A stretch of DNA of 64,000 nt from an uncultured virus (IMG/VR IMGVR_UViG_3300042340_000066). Taxonomy: Duplodnaviria > Heunggongvirae > Uroviricota > Caudoviricetes. Positions 17,084-25,435 of the stretch are shown here, piece after piece (positions within the stretch are counted from its first letter, which is position 1; each line of letters begins with the position of its first letter). The DNA is taken from the IMG/VR virus record IMGVR_UViG_3300042340_000066, one strand, 5' to 3'. The notes under the pieces were generated by a model, which searched no databases, had not been told where the DNA came from, and saw only the letters and a program-made list of their open reading frames with translations. A program made the translations under genes and the position numbers.

Positions 17084-17563
17084 ATGAACATCTTTGTTTT
17101 ATCAGAAGACCCACGCATGGCAGCAATAATGATGTGCGATAAACACATAGCGAAGATGATACTTGAATCAGCGCAACTACTATGTACAGCTATTAACCAT
17201 AAGGGCGGATGCACGCCATACAAAACGACGCATCTAAATCATCCTTGTGGATTGTGGACACGTGCAAGCCAAGAGAATTTCCACTGGCTAACCGAACACG
17301 CCAAAGAACTGAACAACCAGTACAGAAAACGCTACGACAAACAGGTCAACCACAAAAGTTGGGAGATCATCAAGCAAACAGTGCGAGACAATGCGGAAAT
17401 CATCCGCAGCCTACCAGATATAGGCCCCACGCCCTTTGCTCAAGCCATGCCGGAAGAGTTAAGGATCAAGGACAACCCCGTTGCCGCCTACAGAAATTAT
17501 TATAAGACCAAGGGCTTCGCCCGATGGGAAAAAAATGTAGCTTGTCCGGCATGGTGGGGATAG
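17084..17563 (+). CDS. pyrimidine-dimer DNA glycosylase (DenV-like) family protein
   Basis: MNIFVL...CDKHIAKMILESAQLLCT...THLNHPC..W...TPFAQAMP...AYRNYY; GAGGAGG RBS. Confidence 0.8.
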   Translation: MNIFVLSEDPRMAAIMMCDKHIAKMILESAQLLCTAINHKGGCTPYKTTHLNHPCGLWTRASQENFHWLTEHAKELNNQYRKRYDKQVNHKSWEIIKQTVRDNAEIIRSLPDIGPTPFAQAMPEELRIKDNPVAAYRNYYKTKGFARWEKNVACPAWWG

Positions 17564-17753
17564 AATAAAAAGGGCGTCAGCTGTGAGTGGCCCTCCATGT
17601 GAAATAACCGCAGCAGGTAGTGAGAAGAAATTCTTTGTGGCGATAGAAAGCCGCAAGTCTCCAGCTTCGGCGCTATCCCTCCGGGGTGCAGGTCAACCCC
17701 AACTAACACACGGCAGACTATGTCTGCCTGAACATAGGAGAACGGGTTTCACC

Positions 17754-17903
17754 ATGAAAGAAGATGATTACGTTCGATTAGAATTGTTTCTGGAAGGTAT
17801 GGAGCGTATAAAAGACTTCTGCGAAGGCGTAGAAGCGTGGATGAGTGAACTGGAGCAGAGGCTAAGCAAACTGGAGGAACGAAGCGATGATGACCTTAAA
17901 TAA
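17754..17903 (+). CDS. small coiled-coil protein
   Basis: AGGAG upstream; MKEDDYVRLELF. Confidence 0.55.
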   Translation: MKEDDYVRLELFLEGMERIKDFCEGVEAWMSELEQRLSKLEERSDDDLK

Positions 17904-18141
17904 TTTTCGGGTGCAGGAAGAACTGTTAAAATTAGAAGGTGCGACAATCCATCACACGCCGACGCACACGGTAGTTACACGAGGAGACTACAGCTGTCAT
18001 GTCAGCAACATACGCAAAGACGAGAAGGCCCCATCCCACAAGTTTCTGTGGGACGAGAAGAAGAACGGCAAGCCGTTGAGCCCCAAGCATCTTGTGTTGA
18101 GAGCTCAGGTATCTTACGCACTGGGGAAAGCTGATGTATGA
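17887..18141 (+). CDS. hypothetical protein
   Basis: GGAGG RBS; overlaps neighbours. Confidence 0.6.
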   Translation: MMTLNNFRVQEELLKLEGATIHHTPTHTVVTRGDYSCHVSNIRKDEKAPSHKFLWDEKKNGKPLSPKHLVLRAQVSYALGKADV

Positions 18142-18445
18142 CTTTTACGACTTGGAAGACCTTGTATTTGAGTGGGCTAGTGAACGAGGGATCATCAAAA
18201 ATGGCACAGCAATGGCGCAAGCCATCAAGACAACAGAAGAGGTTGCCGAACTACTCAAGGCCCTGAGCAAAAATGATAGAGCAGAAGTGCGAGATGCCTA
18301 TGGTGATATTCTGGTGACTCTTATTATAGGTGCAGCTATTTCAGAAGTGGATTTGGTTGGTTGTTTGAATGATGCCTACGAAACCATCAAGGACCGCAAG
18401 GGCTATCTCACCCCGGATGGAATTTTTGTAAAGGAAGAAACATGA
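18134..18445 (+). CDS. MazG-like NTP pyrophosphohydrolase, copy 1
   Basis: QAIKTTEEVAEL...RDAYGDILVTL...AYETIKDRKG. Confidence 0.88.
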   Translation: MYDFYDLEDLVFEWASERGIIKNGTAMAQAIKTTEEVAELLKALSKNDRAEVRDAYGDILVTLIIGAAISEVDLVGCLNDAYETIKDRKGYLTPDGIFVKEET

Positions 18446-18627
18446 GCAGGGATAAGATAACCGAAGCGTTCAACGAGTGGAGGCAGGATGCCATGAAGGA
18501 CTTGAACAATGTGCCGAACCGATGGGAAGCCTTTTTAGCAGGATGGGAGGCAGCAGTAGAGTGGTATGTAGTAGAAAAGCAGGAGGCCACACCCGAAGAA
18601 ATCAGAATAAGTAAAGGCGGGACATGA
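18442..18627 (+). CDS. hypothetical protein
   Basis: WEAFLAGWEAA; ATGA coupling. Confidence 0.65.
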   Translation: MSRDKITEAFNEWRQDAMKDLNNVPNRWEAFLAGWEAAVEWYVVEKQEATPEEIRISKGGT

Positions 18628-18845
18628 ACGATGAAAAAAAGATTCTGAAGCGCTGGAGTTTTCTATTAAGCGGACAGGTTGTTATAGCCCCAGCATTGGA
18701 TGAAGACGGAGATATAGATTTCATGATAGTTGAATCAGAAGATTATTTTGCCAAGTGCTATAGCCCAGATGATGTGAACAATGCTGTTGATATAGCCATG
18801 TACAAGGCTGAATTTTCTGATGCGCGGTATGAGTTGATTCATTGA
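18624..18845 (+). CDS. hypothetical protein
   Basis: ATGA coupling. Confidence 0.6.
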   Translation: MNDEKKILKRWSFLLSGQVVIAPALDEDGDIDFMIVESEDYFAKCYSPDDVNNAVDIAMYKAEFSDARYELIH

Positions 18846-18862
18846 ATTGATTTGTGTATAAT
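18834..18862 (+). promoter_or_regulatory. sigma70-like promoter
   Basis: TTGATT-N17-TATAAT. Confidence 0.7.
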
Positions 18863-18991
18863 AGACCCCAGCTGTAGCAGGCGTGTACGGATGTGAAGAG
18901 TTCTAGTGTAATGGCATCGTGTTTGGTGGTTGGGTTCTCCGTTCCCTCTGCTACCCGCTAGGCGCGGTGCCTCCCTATACTGGAGAAATGT

Positions 18992-19477
18992 ATGCTGACT
19001 CAAGAAAGATTAAAGGAACTATTATCGTACAATCCTGAGACGGGTGTGTTTGTGTGGAGAACGCGCAGAAGTGGGATTAAGGTAGGGGTTCTTGTTGGCA
19101 GCCCTAATGCAGACGGGTATTTGCGAATAATGGTAGACAAAAAAAGGTATTTATCGCATAGATTGGCTTGGTTTTACATGTATGGGTATTGGCCCGACAA
19201 GCAAATAGACCATATAAATAGAGTGAGAACAGACAATCGAATAGAAAATTTAAGGGAAGCCACCCCACTACAGAACACATGGAATCTAAGCATAAGGTCA
19301 TACAACACATCCGGGCTTACAGGAGCAAGCGTACATAAAAAATCTGGTAAATGGATAGCTCAAATATCAATAGCTGGACGTAAAAAACATTTAGGGTTAC
19401 ACGCTACGGCAGAAGAGGCGCACATTGCCTACTTAGAGGCTAAAGAACAACATCATAAGATAGGAGCAGAGCAATGA
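18992..19477 (+). CDS. HNH endonuclease with AP2-like C-terminal domain
   Basis: LSYNPETGVF...HRLAW...IDHINRVRTDNRIENLR...NTSG..G...W.AQI...HLG. Confidence 0.92.
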   Translation: MLTQERLKELLSYNPETGVFVWRTRRSGIKVGVLVGSPNADGYLRIMVDKKRYLSHRLAWFYMYGYWPDKQIDHINRVRTDNRIENLREATPLQNTWNLSIRSYNTSGLTGASVHKKSGKWIAQISIAGRKKHLGLHATAEEAHIAYLEAKEQHHKIGAEQ

Positions 19478-20142
19478 AAGTAGAACTGATTGACAGCATG
19501 GGCTCAGACCTAAGCGTGATAGACGCGGCACGAGTCAGCTTCGATAAGAAGTCTGAATGGGAGATGATGAAGGATACAGATGGTACGGTACACAGGGTGC
19601 TGAACAACAAAGATGCGCGGCTTATCAAATATTTGGCAGAGCACAACCACTGGACGCCCTTCTCACACCCGCAGATCACACTCAGAATAACGGCCCCGCT
19701 GTACGTCAGATCACAACTTTACAAACACAAGGTGGGCGGCACAGAGAACGAAGTTAGCAGAAGATATGTGAATTACATACCCACCCTCGACGTGCCAACC
19801 AGATGGCGCAAGGCAGCAGAGAATGTGAAGCAAGGATCGTCTGATGAGCTAGTAAAAATTGACCCCTCGATGCAGATTCAGATTGACAAGTGGCAGGAAA
19901 TGACTACACTACTGTACCAAGACCTCCTACTTTTGGGAGTGTGTGCTGAGCAAGCAAGAGCCGTGTTACCCGTGTGTAGCGAGACTTCATGGGTGTGGAC
20001 AGGGAGCCTGTATTTCTTCGCTAGGGTATGCAGATTGAGACTAGACCCTCATGCTCAGCGTGAGACGAGAGAAGTAGCAGAAAGAATTAGTAGCATCATG
20101 AACGAGCTTTTCCCAGAGAGTTGGAATGTTCTGATGGCTTGA
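19474..20142 (+). CDS. thyX: flavin-dependent thymidylate synthase
   Basis: GSDLSVIDAARVSF, HWTPFSH, NEVSRRYV, EQARAVLP, RLDPHAQRE. Confidence 0.92.
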   Translation: MKVELIDSMGSDLSVIDAARVSFDKKSEWEMMKDTDGTVHRVLNNKDARLIKYLAEHNHWTPFSHPQITLRITAPLYVRSQLYKHKVGGTENEVSRRYVNYIPTLDVPTRWRKAAENVKQGSSDELVKIDPSMQIQIDKWQEMTTLLYQDLLLLGVCAEQARAVLPVCSETSWVWTGSLYFFARVCRLRLDPHAQRETREVAERISSIMNELFPESWNVLMA

Positions 20143-20306
20143 GTCTACGGGTGCTGTTGTAAATCCTTTTAACAGGGGTTCAACAAACGACTTCAGCACC
20201 CACCCTTTTATGCCCCGGTCCTTATTTTTCATACCCGTTGGGTATGGGGAGTTCGATCAAAATCTACCGGGGCTCCTATTCTGGTCATAAAACAAACGGA
20301 GAAGCA

Positions 20307-20597
20307 ATGGACACTATAACAATCGACGGCATTGAATACGCACCCGTAAAAAAGCATGAAGGTAATCGTGCTGTCATAGTCGTAGATAGGGGTTGGATTT
20401 TCGCTGGAGATGTAGAGCGCAAGGATGGACGAATCTATCTCACTCGTGCTGTTTGGGTATTCAAGTGGCACTCAGTAGGTTTCGCCGGAATGATAAAAGA
20501 TACATCACATGCTGACATACGCCCTTGCGAGGATGTTGAACTGCCGGAAATATCGGAGATTTTCTGCGTTCCAGTTCATAAGGATTGGGGCCTATGA
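20307..20597 (+). CDS. small beta-barrel-like phage protein (DUF6948-like), paired with Gly-rich ORF
   Basis: VIVVDRGWIFAG...L..A..V.KW..VGFAG; GGAG RBS. Confidence 0.7.
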   Translation: MDTITIDGIEYAPVKKHEGNRAVIVVDRGWIFAGDVERKDGRIYLTRAVWVFKWHSVGFAGMIKDTSHADIRPCEDVELPEISEIFCVPVHKDWGL

Positions 20598-20941
20598 AAC
20601 TGATAGGCAACGGCTTCGGCGACGGCTTCGGCATCGGCGATGGCCACAGTTTCAATGAAGGCAGTCGCCACGGCCCCAGTTTCAATGATGGCTACGGCAT
20701 CGGTGACGGTTTCAATTACGGCTACTGGATGGGCGCTGACTACCAGAAAAACCACGACGGCGTTGACGGTTACTGGGACGGCGACGGCTACGGCTACGGC
20801 TACGGCAACAGGAGCGGCAACGGCTACGGCAACGGCTACGCCTACCAGTATAGCAACGGCGGTGACGGATATGGCTACGACGACGGTCGAGGATATGGCT
20901 ACGGCGAAGGCACAACACACAACCGCGATAGGCGTAGATAA
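20594..20941 (+). CDS. Gly/Tyr/Asp/Asn-rich repeat protein
   Basis: GDGYGYGYGNRSGNGYG repeats; ATGA coupling. Confidence 0.75.
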   Translation: MKLIGNGFGDGFGIGDGHSFNEGSRHGPSFNDGYGIGDGFNYGYWMGADYQKNHDGVDGYWDGDGYGYGYGNRSGNGYGNGYAYQYSNGGDGYGYDDGRGYGYGEGTTHNRDRRR

Positions 20942-20981
20942 AGAACCCCGCGAACGACGCGGGCCTTACATGGAGAAAGCA

Positions 20982-21221
20982 ATGGACACTAAATTGATCG
21001 TGAACAATGAAGACCTGCCTGCGGGCATTCTCTCCAGCGCCGATATAGCACCCCACACTTTCGTTACATTCGGGAAACAGGATAACCAGGAAATCATGAG
21101 GCTCGACAAAGAGGGGATGATCTTCATGGGTGTCCGCATCACAGACGCAGGTGAAGCCTACGCAGCATGGATGGAAGCGATGGCAATGATGCAGGGGAAA
21201 GCGGGGAGGAATAATGGCTGA
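20982..21221 (+). CDS. hypothetical protein
   Basis: GGAG RBS; EIMRLDKEGMIFMG..ITDAGEAY. Confidence 0.7.
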   Translation: MDTKLIVNNEDLPAGILSSADIAPHTFVTFGKQDNQEIMRLDKEGMIFMGVRITDAGEAYAAWMEAMAMMQGKAGRNNG

Positions 21222-21405
21222 TTTCGATCAGTGGTGGAATAACGATGAATCTATTCAAAATAACGCTGATACACTCAAGCAGCGTAATTACTTGATTGAC
21301 CAAGTGCATCACATTGCACAGTCAATCGATAATGAGATGCCGGACATGGCACTGATGAAGATCAGACAAACAATAGGTGTAATCAAGGAATGGAAGACTC
21401 AATAA
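21214..21405 (+). CDS. hypothetical protein
   Basis: GGAGG RBS. Confidence 0.6.
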   Translation: MADFDQWWNNDESIQNNADTLKQRNYLIDQVHHIAQSIDNEMPDMALMKIRQTIGVIKEWKTQ

Positions 21406-21506
21406 GCGGAGAGCAGCTATTTATATCACTGACTATTATCGCAGTATTGATTGCATTTGCAATGCTGTTGATAATGAAAGCAACTGATGACGATAACAAT
21501 AGATAA
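21390..21506 (+). CDS. small single-TM protein
   Basis: MEDSISGEQLFISLTIIAVLIAFAMLLIMK; not in ORF track. Confidence 0.5.
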   Translation: MEDSISGEQLFISLTIIAVLIAFAMLLIMKATDDDNNR

Positions 21507-21516
21507 AGGTGTTAAA

Positions 21517-21717
21517 ATGATCTCATATAGAGTGACCGTTAATGATAATGGTGATCGTTATTGGTATTACAATCTCAAACTACATAGACAGGATGGTCCT
21601 GCTGTTGAATGCCTTGATGGTACTCGTCGCTGGTATTTGAATGGCCAAGAATATAGCGAAGAAGAATATACTTTGGCGCTTAGCGGAAGGAGAAAGCGAG
21701 GAAGGAGAAAGCAATGA
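21517..21717 (+). CDS. short MORN-variant repeat protein (paralog of 16487-16873)
   Basis: WYYNLKLHRQDGPAVE..DGTRRWYLNGQEYSEE. Confidence 0.8.
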   Translation: MISYRVTVNDNGDRYWYYNLKLHRQDGPAVECLDGTRRWYLNGQEYSEEEYTLALSGRRKRGRRKQ

Positions 21718-21986
21718 GCGAGCACACGCCGGGGTCTTGGAGGGTTGAGAAAGCGCATGATTTATGGGCGGAAATTCGGTCTGGATACGGCCTTTCCAAC
21801 TTTATGATTGCGGATTGTGTCAATCCAGCAAACGCCAGATTGATAGCCGCCTCGCCTGATCTTCTTGCCGCTTTAAAAGCATGTGATGAAGCGATGGAAT
21901 ACATGAGCGAGTACGATTCTATACCTATCACACTACCGGGTCAGGTAAAGGCCGCGATAAGAAAAGCAACGGGGGAGCAACAGTGA
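21714..21986 (+). CDS. conserved phage protein (HTPGxW...ANARLIAAxPDLL family)
   Basis: MSEHTPGSW...ANARLIAASPDLLAAL. Confidence 0.85.
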   Translation: MSEHTPGSWRVEKAHDLWAEIRSGYGLSNFMIADCVNPANARLIAASPDLLAALKACDEAMEYMSEYDSIPITLPGQVKAAIRKATGEQQ

Positions 21987-22318
21987 GCGAATCATTTCAG
22001 ACATTAGAATTAAAGGTCCTCCGATGGGCAGAGGAAAGGAAGATCATCCCTAATAGTAACCCGCTGGCTCAGGCTATAAAGACGCTTGAGGAAGTAAGCG
22101 AGTTGCTTACTGCGCTAAATCAGTGCAGTGTAGATCGGGAGTGGTTTCAAGATGAAGCGAGAGATGCCTATGGCGATATCCTTGTCACATTGATAATAGG
22201 CGCTGATTTATTGGGGACAGACTTGCGAAGTTGTTTAGATGATGCTTATGAGATGATCAAGGATAGAAAGGGATACTTAACCAGCGATGGTATCTTTGTG
22301 AAGGAGGAAAGCAAATGA
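21983..22318 (+). CDS. MazG-like NTP pyrophosphohydrolase, copy 2
   Basis: QAIKTLEEVSEL...RDAYGDILVTLIIGA...IKDRKGYLTSDGIFVKE. Confidence 0.88.
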   Translation: MSESFQTLELKVLRWAEERKIIPNSNPLAQAIKTLEEVSELLTALNQCSVDREWFQDEARDAYGDILVTLIIGADLLGTDLRSCLDDAYEMIKDRKGYLTSDGIFVKEESK

Positions 22319-22719
22319 TTAAAGATTTTGTAGATCGGTTTATGCAGAACAAGGACGCACTGCGGACCAAGTTTGAAGCAGATTTCCCCCGTGAATATAG
22401 GGACATTGTTAAGGCGGTGGTGGAGATCATCACAGCTAAAGAATACACCGCCCATGATATTGACCCAGAGCGTATCCATGAGATCGACGATGGGGATTAC
22501 CAAGGTACATTGGTCTATGTGATCGGAACGAAAGGCTATCAGCCATCCAACTATTACTACGTTAAAGTCGATTATGGTTCTTGCTCTGGGTGCGACACGC
22601 TACAGTCTATTGAGTCTGAACATTCCTGTGCGGCTGACAAAAAACAATCTATCGACGACCTGATGGCGCTGGCCCTACACATTGTGCAAGGGCTTAAAAA
22701 GATGGGGGACGAAGAATGA
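22315..22719 (+). CDS. conserved phage protein
   Basis: IDDGDYQGT...YGSCSGCD motif. Confidence 0.75.
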   Translation: MIKDFVDRFMQNKDALRTKFEADFPREYRDIVKAVVEIITAKEYTAHDIDPERIHEIDDGDYQGTLVYVIGTKGYQPSNYYYVKVDYGSCSGCDTLQSIESEHSCAADKKQSIDDLMALALHIVQGLKKMGDEE

Positions 22720-22994
22720 GCAACAGACTACTAACAAAAGCCGAGTTTCAAGCTCGGTGCAAGGAGTTTGCTGACAAGTTTAATGCTGACTTAACCCCAA
22801 AGAAAGTCTGGATCAGCGATATGGGTGGATGGTTTGCTACTGAGAGTTCTTGTGATATTCCCTATATACGTGCGGATATTGTTGACCAACTGGTTGATGT
22901 GATGCAGGAATGTATTGACGGGATGATGGAGTTTTACGAGCTTAACAAACAGACCTTAAAAGCCAAAGCCGTATTAAAAATTTTGGAGGAATAA
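22716..22994 (+). CDS. hypothetical protein
   Basis: ATGA coupling; YIRADIV. Confidence 0.65.
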   Translation: MSNRLLTKAEFQARCKEFADKFNADLTPKKVWISDMGGWFATESSCDIPYIRADIVDQLVDVMQECIDGMMEFYELNKQTLKAKAVLKILEE

Positions 22995-22996
22995 CA

Positions 22997-23209
22997 ATGG
23001 ACAATAAACTTGACGGCTCTGCCCCCATAATTACGCGAGGAAAGGTTTTTCAACCGACGCCAAGGCTCAGATTTATTGATCGCTCAACAAATCTGCGTAT
23101 TGATGAGCATACGGCAATAAAGGTTAGAGTTCTTCAACAGAAATGGGCTGATATGAACTCACAAGAATCAGAGTGGCGAGATGTGCCGCTTGAGGAGGAA
23201 GGCGAATGA
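22997..23209 (+). CDS. hypothetical protein
   Basis: GGAGG RBS; LRF...VLQQKW...EWRDVP. Confidence 0.7.
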   Translation: MDNKLDGSAPIITRGKVFQPTPRLRFIDRSTNLRIDEHTAIKVRVLQQKWADMNSQESEWRDVPLEEEGE

Positions 23210-23451
23210 TTAACGCAAACGAACTGCTGAGACGGGCGCTTGATGAGTTAATTGCTCAAGACGGAACAATATGCCAAGAGTTTTGCACATCGGAAACATG
23301 GGATAGCCCACAAATAATCCAAGAAATCCGGGACTTCCTAGCCGCCGAGACAGAAGCGGAGCCGATGACGGAAGAGAAAGACTGGCTAATTGAAATGATT
23401 CGATTCTGTGAGCAACAGATAGCAGAGAGGAAGAACCGTGAGCTCCCTTGA
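23206..23451 (+). CDS. hypothetical protein
   Basis: ATGA coupling; ELLRRALD. Confidence 0.6.
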   Translation: MINANELLRRALDELIAQDGTICQEFCTSETWDSPQIIQEIRDFLAAETEAEPMTEEKDWLIEMIRFCEQQIAERKNRELP

Positions 23452-23680
23452 GCGAAGGAAAGATGCAAGCCCTGCGTATTGGGTCAATGCTTTTGGTGTG
23501 TTTAGAGAAGTCGCCATGCCGGGGCATCGTCCTTTGTACTGGGCGAAAACACCTTTACCTGTGGTGCGTCTGGCGGAGTTGTGGGAAGAGGCAGAGAGTC
23601 ACCCTAAACGATTTGCTAGGTTGATTGAGAAGGAACATGGAATACAGAAAGATGACACCCCCCAAGACAACCACATGTAA
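23438..23680 (+). CDS. hypothetical protein
   Basis: FARLIEKEHGI motif; GAGG RBS. Confidence 0.6.
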   Translation: MSSLERRKDASPAYWVNAFGVFREVAMPGHRPLYWAKTPLPVVRLAELWEEAESHPKRFARLIEKEHGIQKDDTPQDNHM

Positions 23681-23786
23681 AGTCTGCGGAGAGCAGCACA
23701 AGATCGAGCAGTACAGGTCCGTGCAGTTTTATGGGTGTCCCAAGACGGGGCGCATTTATTTAGTACCAAAAGAGGGAAAGAAATGA
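23652..23786 (+). CDS. small Zn-ribbon-like protein
   Basis: CKVCGEQH...YGCPKTG; not in ORF track; ATGA coupling downstream. Confidence 0.5.
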   Translation: MTPPKTTTCKVCGEQHKIEQYRSVQFYGCPKTGRIYLVPKEGKK

Positions 23787-23923
23787 TTGAGTGGATGATT
23801 GCGGTAGGCGTGGGATTGCTGGCGTACTTTGCTGGGCGATTCATTTGGTGGTCATTGAATGACGAGGCATTCTTTGATGGCGGGTATTATGAGGAAGAAG
23901 AAAAGGAGAAGAGCGATGATTAG
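23783..23923 (+). CDS. small single-TM protein
   Basis: MIEWMIAVGVGLLAYFAGRFIWW plus acidic tail. Confidence 0.55.
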   Translation: MIEWMIAVGVGLLAYFAGRFIWWSLNDEAFFDGGYYEEEEKEKSDD

Positions 23924-24149
23924 ATTTATACCAAAGAGAAAGATAGGTGAGATCGTGCGGATTGATAGGAAGTTTTACAAGGTGCATGAGGCGTTGTTTG
24001 GTTTTGTGAAGCTTTTCAGGTATCATTCTAACCGCCTGCCCCAAGGCAGAGAACAATACGGTTCAGAGGAGAGATTGTGGAACCATCACCATACAAAGCA
24101 GAGCTACATCCAGAGTGGAAATTCGTGGATGAATATCCACCACCCATAG
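23916..24149 (+). CDS. hypothetical protein
   Basis: AGGAG RBS; 3' end overlaps next gene. Confidence 0.45.
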   Translation: MIRFIPKRKIGEIVRIDRKFYKVHEALFGFVKLFRYHSNRLPQGREQYGSEERLWNHHHTKQSYIQSGNSWMNIHHP

Positions 24150-24307
24150 GAACAAAAGTCCTCCTGCTTACACGCTATGGCTCAGCCATCATTGGGCACT
24201 ACTACAGAGGAGGTGAATTGGTAGCATGGACAGGATTGCCGAAGCTACGCCCAGACCAGAAAGAGAAAATGAATGGCTACATACAAGGTACGATCCCTGC
24301 CCCGTGA
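24077..24307 (+). CDS. DUF551-like protein
   Basis: W...PPIGTKVLLL..YG.AIIG...VAW..LPK. Confidence 0.65.
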   Translation: MEPSPYKAELHPEWKFVDEYPPPIGTKVLLLTRYGSAIIGHYYRGGELVAWTGLPKLRPDQKEKMNGYIQGTIPAP

Positions 24308-24470
24308 CATAGCGAGGTGCGAAGGAAGCAATTGTAGACAGAAGGATCAGTGTGCTAGGCACACGCAGATAGAGAAGGATAGAGAGTTTAGAATAGACAC
24401 AACATGGATTGTGTACGCCGACGCTTCGCGGAACGAAGTTGATTGTGATTTTATGATAGGAGAAATGTGA
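24273..24470 (+). CDS. small Cys-rich protein
   Basis: DIARCEGSNCRQKDQCARH...CDFMI. Confidence 0.65.
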   Translation: MATYKVRSLPRDIARCEGSNCRQKDQCARHTQIEKDREFRIDTTWIVYADASRNEVDCDFMIGEM

Positions 24471-25000
24471 TGAGTACACGAGCAAAGAAAAAAGTAGAAG
24501 CTACGCCAACCATTTCCGAACGCACAAGGGACGTGCTTAACAGTGCGTCAGACAAGCTGACAAGGCAGGAGATACTAGAGCGGTTGGATACAGTGACAAG
24601 AGAGCAGCTAAGAAAGAGCCTGAACAATCAGGTGAGTATGGGCTACCTTGGCATTGAGCACGATCATCTTGGAGTGCCACGTTACTATCTGACAGGGAAG
24701 CTACCTGACCAGAACACCCCTGCATACCACAGCCGAGGCAAGAACAACGGCATAGTCAAAGCGAAAGCCGAAGAGCGCATAGCCAAGAAGGAAGAGAAGG
24801 ACAACGCACCGTCCGATATCAATAAGATAAAAGAAGAGCTAGGCACAGAGAAAATACCCTTCAACTATCAGGAGGCTTACACTCGTGGGTACAACGATGC
24901 GATGTTCCACAGCCACAGGGATGCGTACAATGCTGGAAGGCAGAGTGTCCTGAAGGGCCTGCTCAAACTACTCAATATCAAAGGTGAGGTGCTGCTATGA
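24467..25000 (+). CDS. putative winged-helix DNA-binding protein
   Basis: LTRQEILERL...QLRKSLNN.V..GYL...RYYL. Confidence 0.55.
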   Translation: MMSTRAKKKVEATPTISERTRDVLNSASDKLTRQEILERLDTVTREQLRKSLNNQVSMGYLGIEHDHLGVPRYYLTGKLPDQNTPAYHSRGKNNGIVKAKAEERIAKKEEKDNAPSDINKIKEELGTEKIPFNYQEAYTRGYNDAMFHSHRDAYNAGRQSVLKGLLKLLNIKGEVLL

Positions 25001-25341
25001 AGCTGTTTATTTTATGTGTTGTTTTGTTTTCTTCTTCGGTCCAATCGGCCATGTACATTTTCCAACCGGGGAAACCAGTTCGGATGATCCAGAAGAACGG
25101 CAACAACACCACGATGCTGAACATGGGCAACGGTGAAGTCACTCAGATCATCGACATGGGCGGTGTCACTGCAATTTCTGGAGGTGGTAGACCTACGTCA
25201 TTCATCATGGATGGTGGCGAGTTGGGCCGGTCTGTAGGGGGTGAGGTGGTCCCTGCACTGGACCCGAACACAGGGGATGTAGAACCAGAAATCAATTTAC
25301 GCCCGCAGGGTGTTGATGTAGAATTTGAGGAGTGGCAGTAG
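24997..25341 (+). CDS. exported protein with signal peptide
   Basis: MKLFILCVVLFSSSVQSA signal-peptide-like N-terminus. Confidence 0.65.
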   Translation: MKLFILCVVLFSSSVQSAMYIFQPGKPVRMIQKNGNNTTMLNMGNGEVTQIIDMGGVTAISGGGRPTSFIMDGGELGRSVGGEVVPALDPNTGDVEPEINLRPQGVDVEFEEWQ

Positions 25342-25435
25342 CCACAATCACGGGGGTCCGAAGGCATAGCCACCCGCATGAAGGGTCGGACCTCCACCAC
25401 CAGACACTGCGCTGTACGCAGCTGGAGAAGAGAAG

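Noticed and set aside
18992..20142. Group I intron or intein in thyX, polymerase or terminase
   Set aside because: These genes are uninterrupted and of normal length; the nucleases are free-standing
20640..20981. Thr/Ala-rich N-terminal extension of ORF 20640-21221 and antisense AVAVAV ORF
   Set aside because: Shadow frames of the Gly-rich repeat gene; a good RBS and ATG exist at 20982
16487..21717. DGR template/variable repeat pair among the paralogs
   Set aside because: No reverse transcriptase; differences are not adenine-restricted
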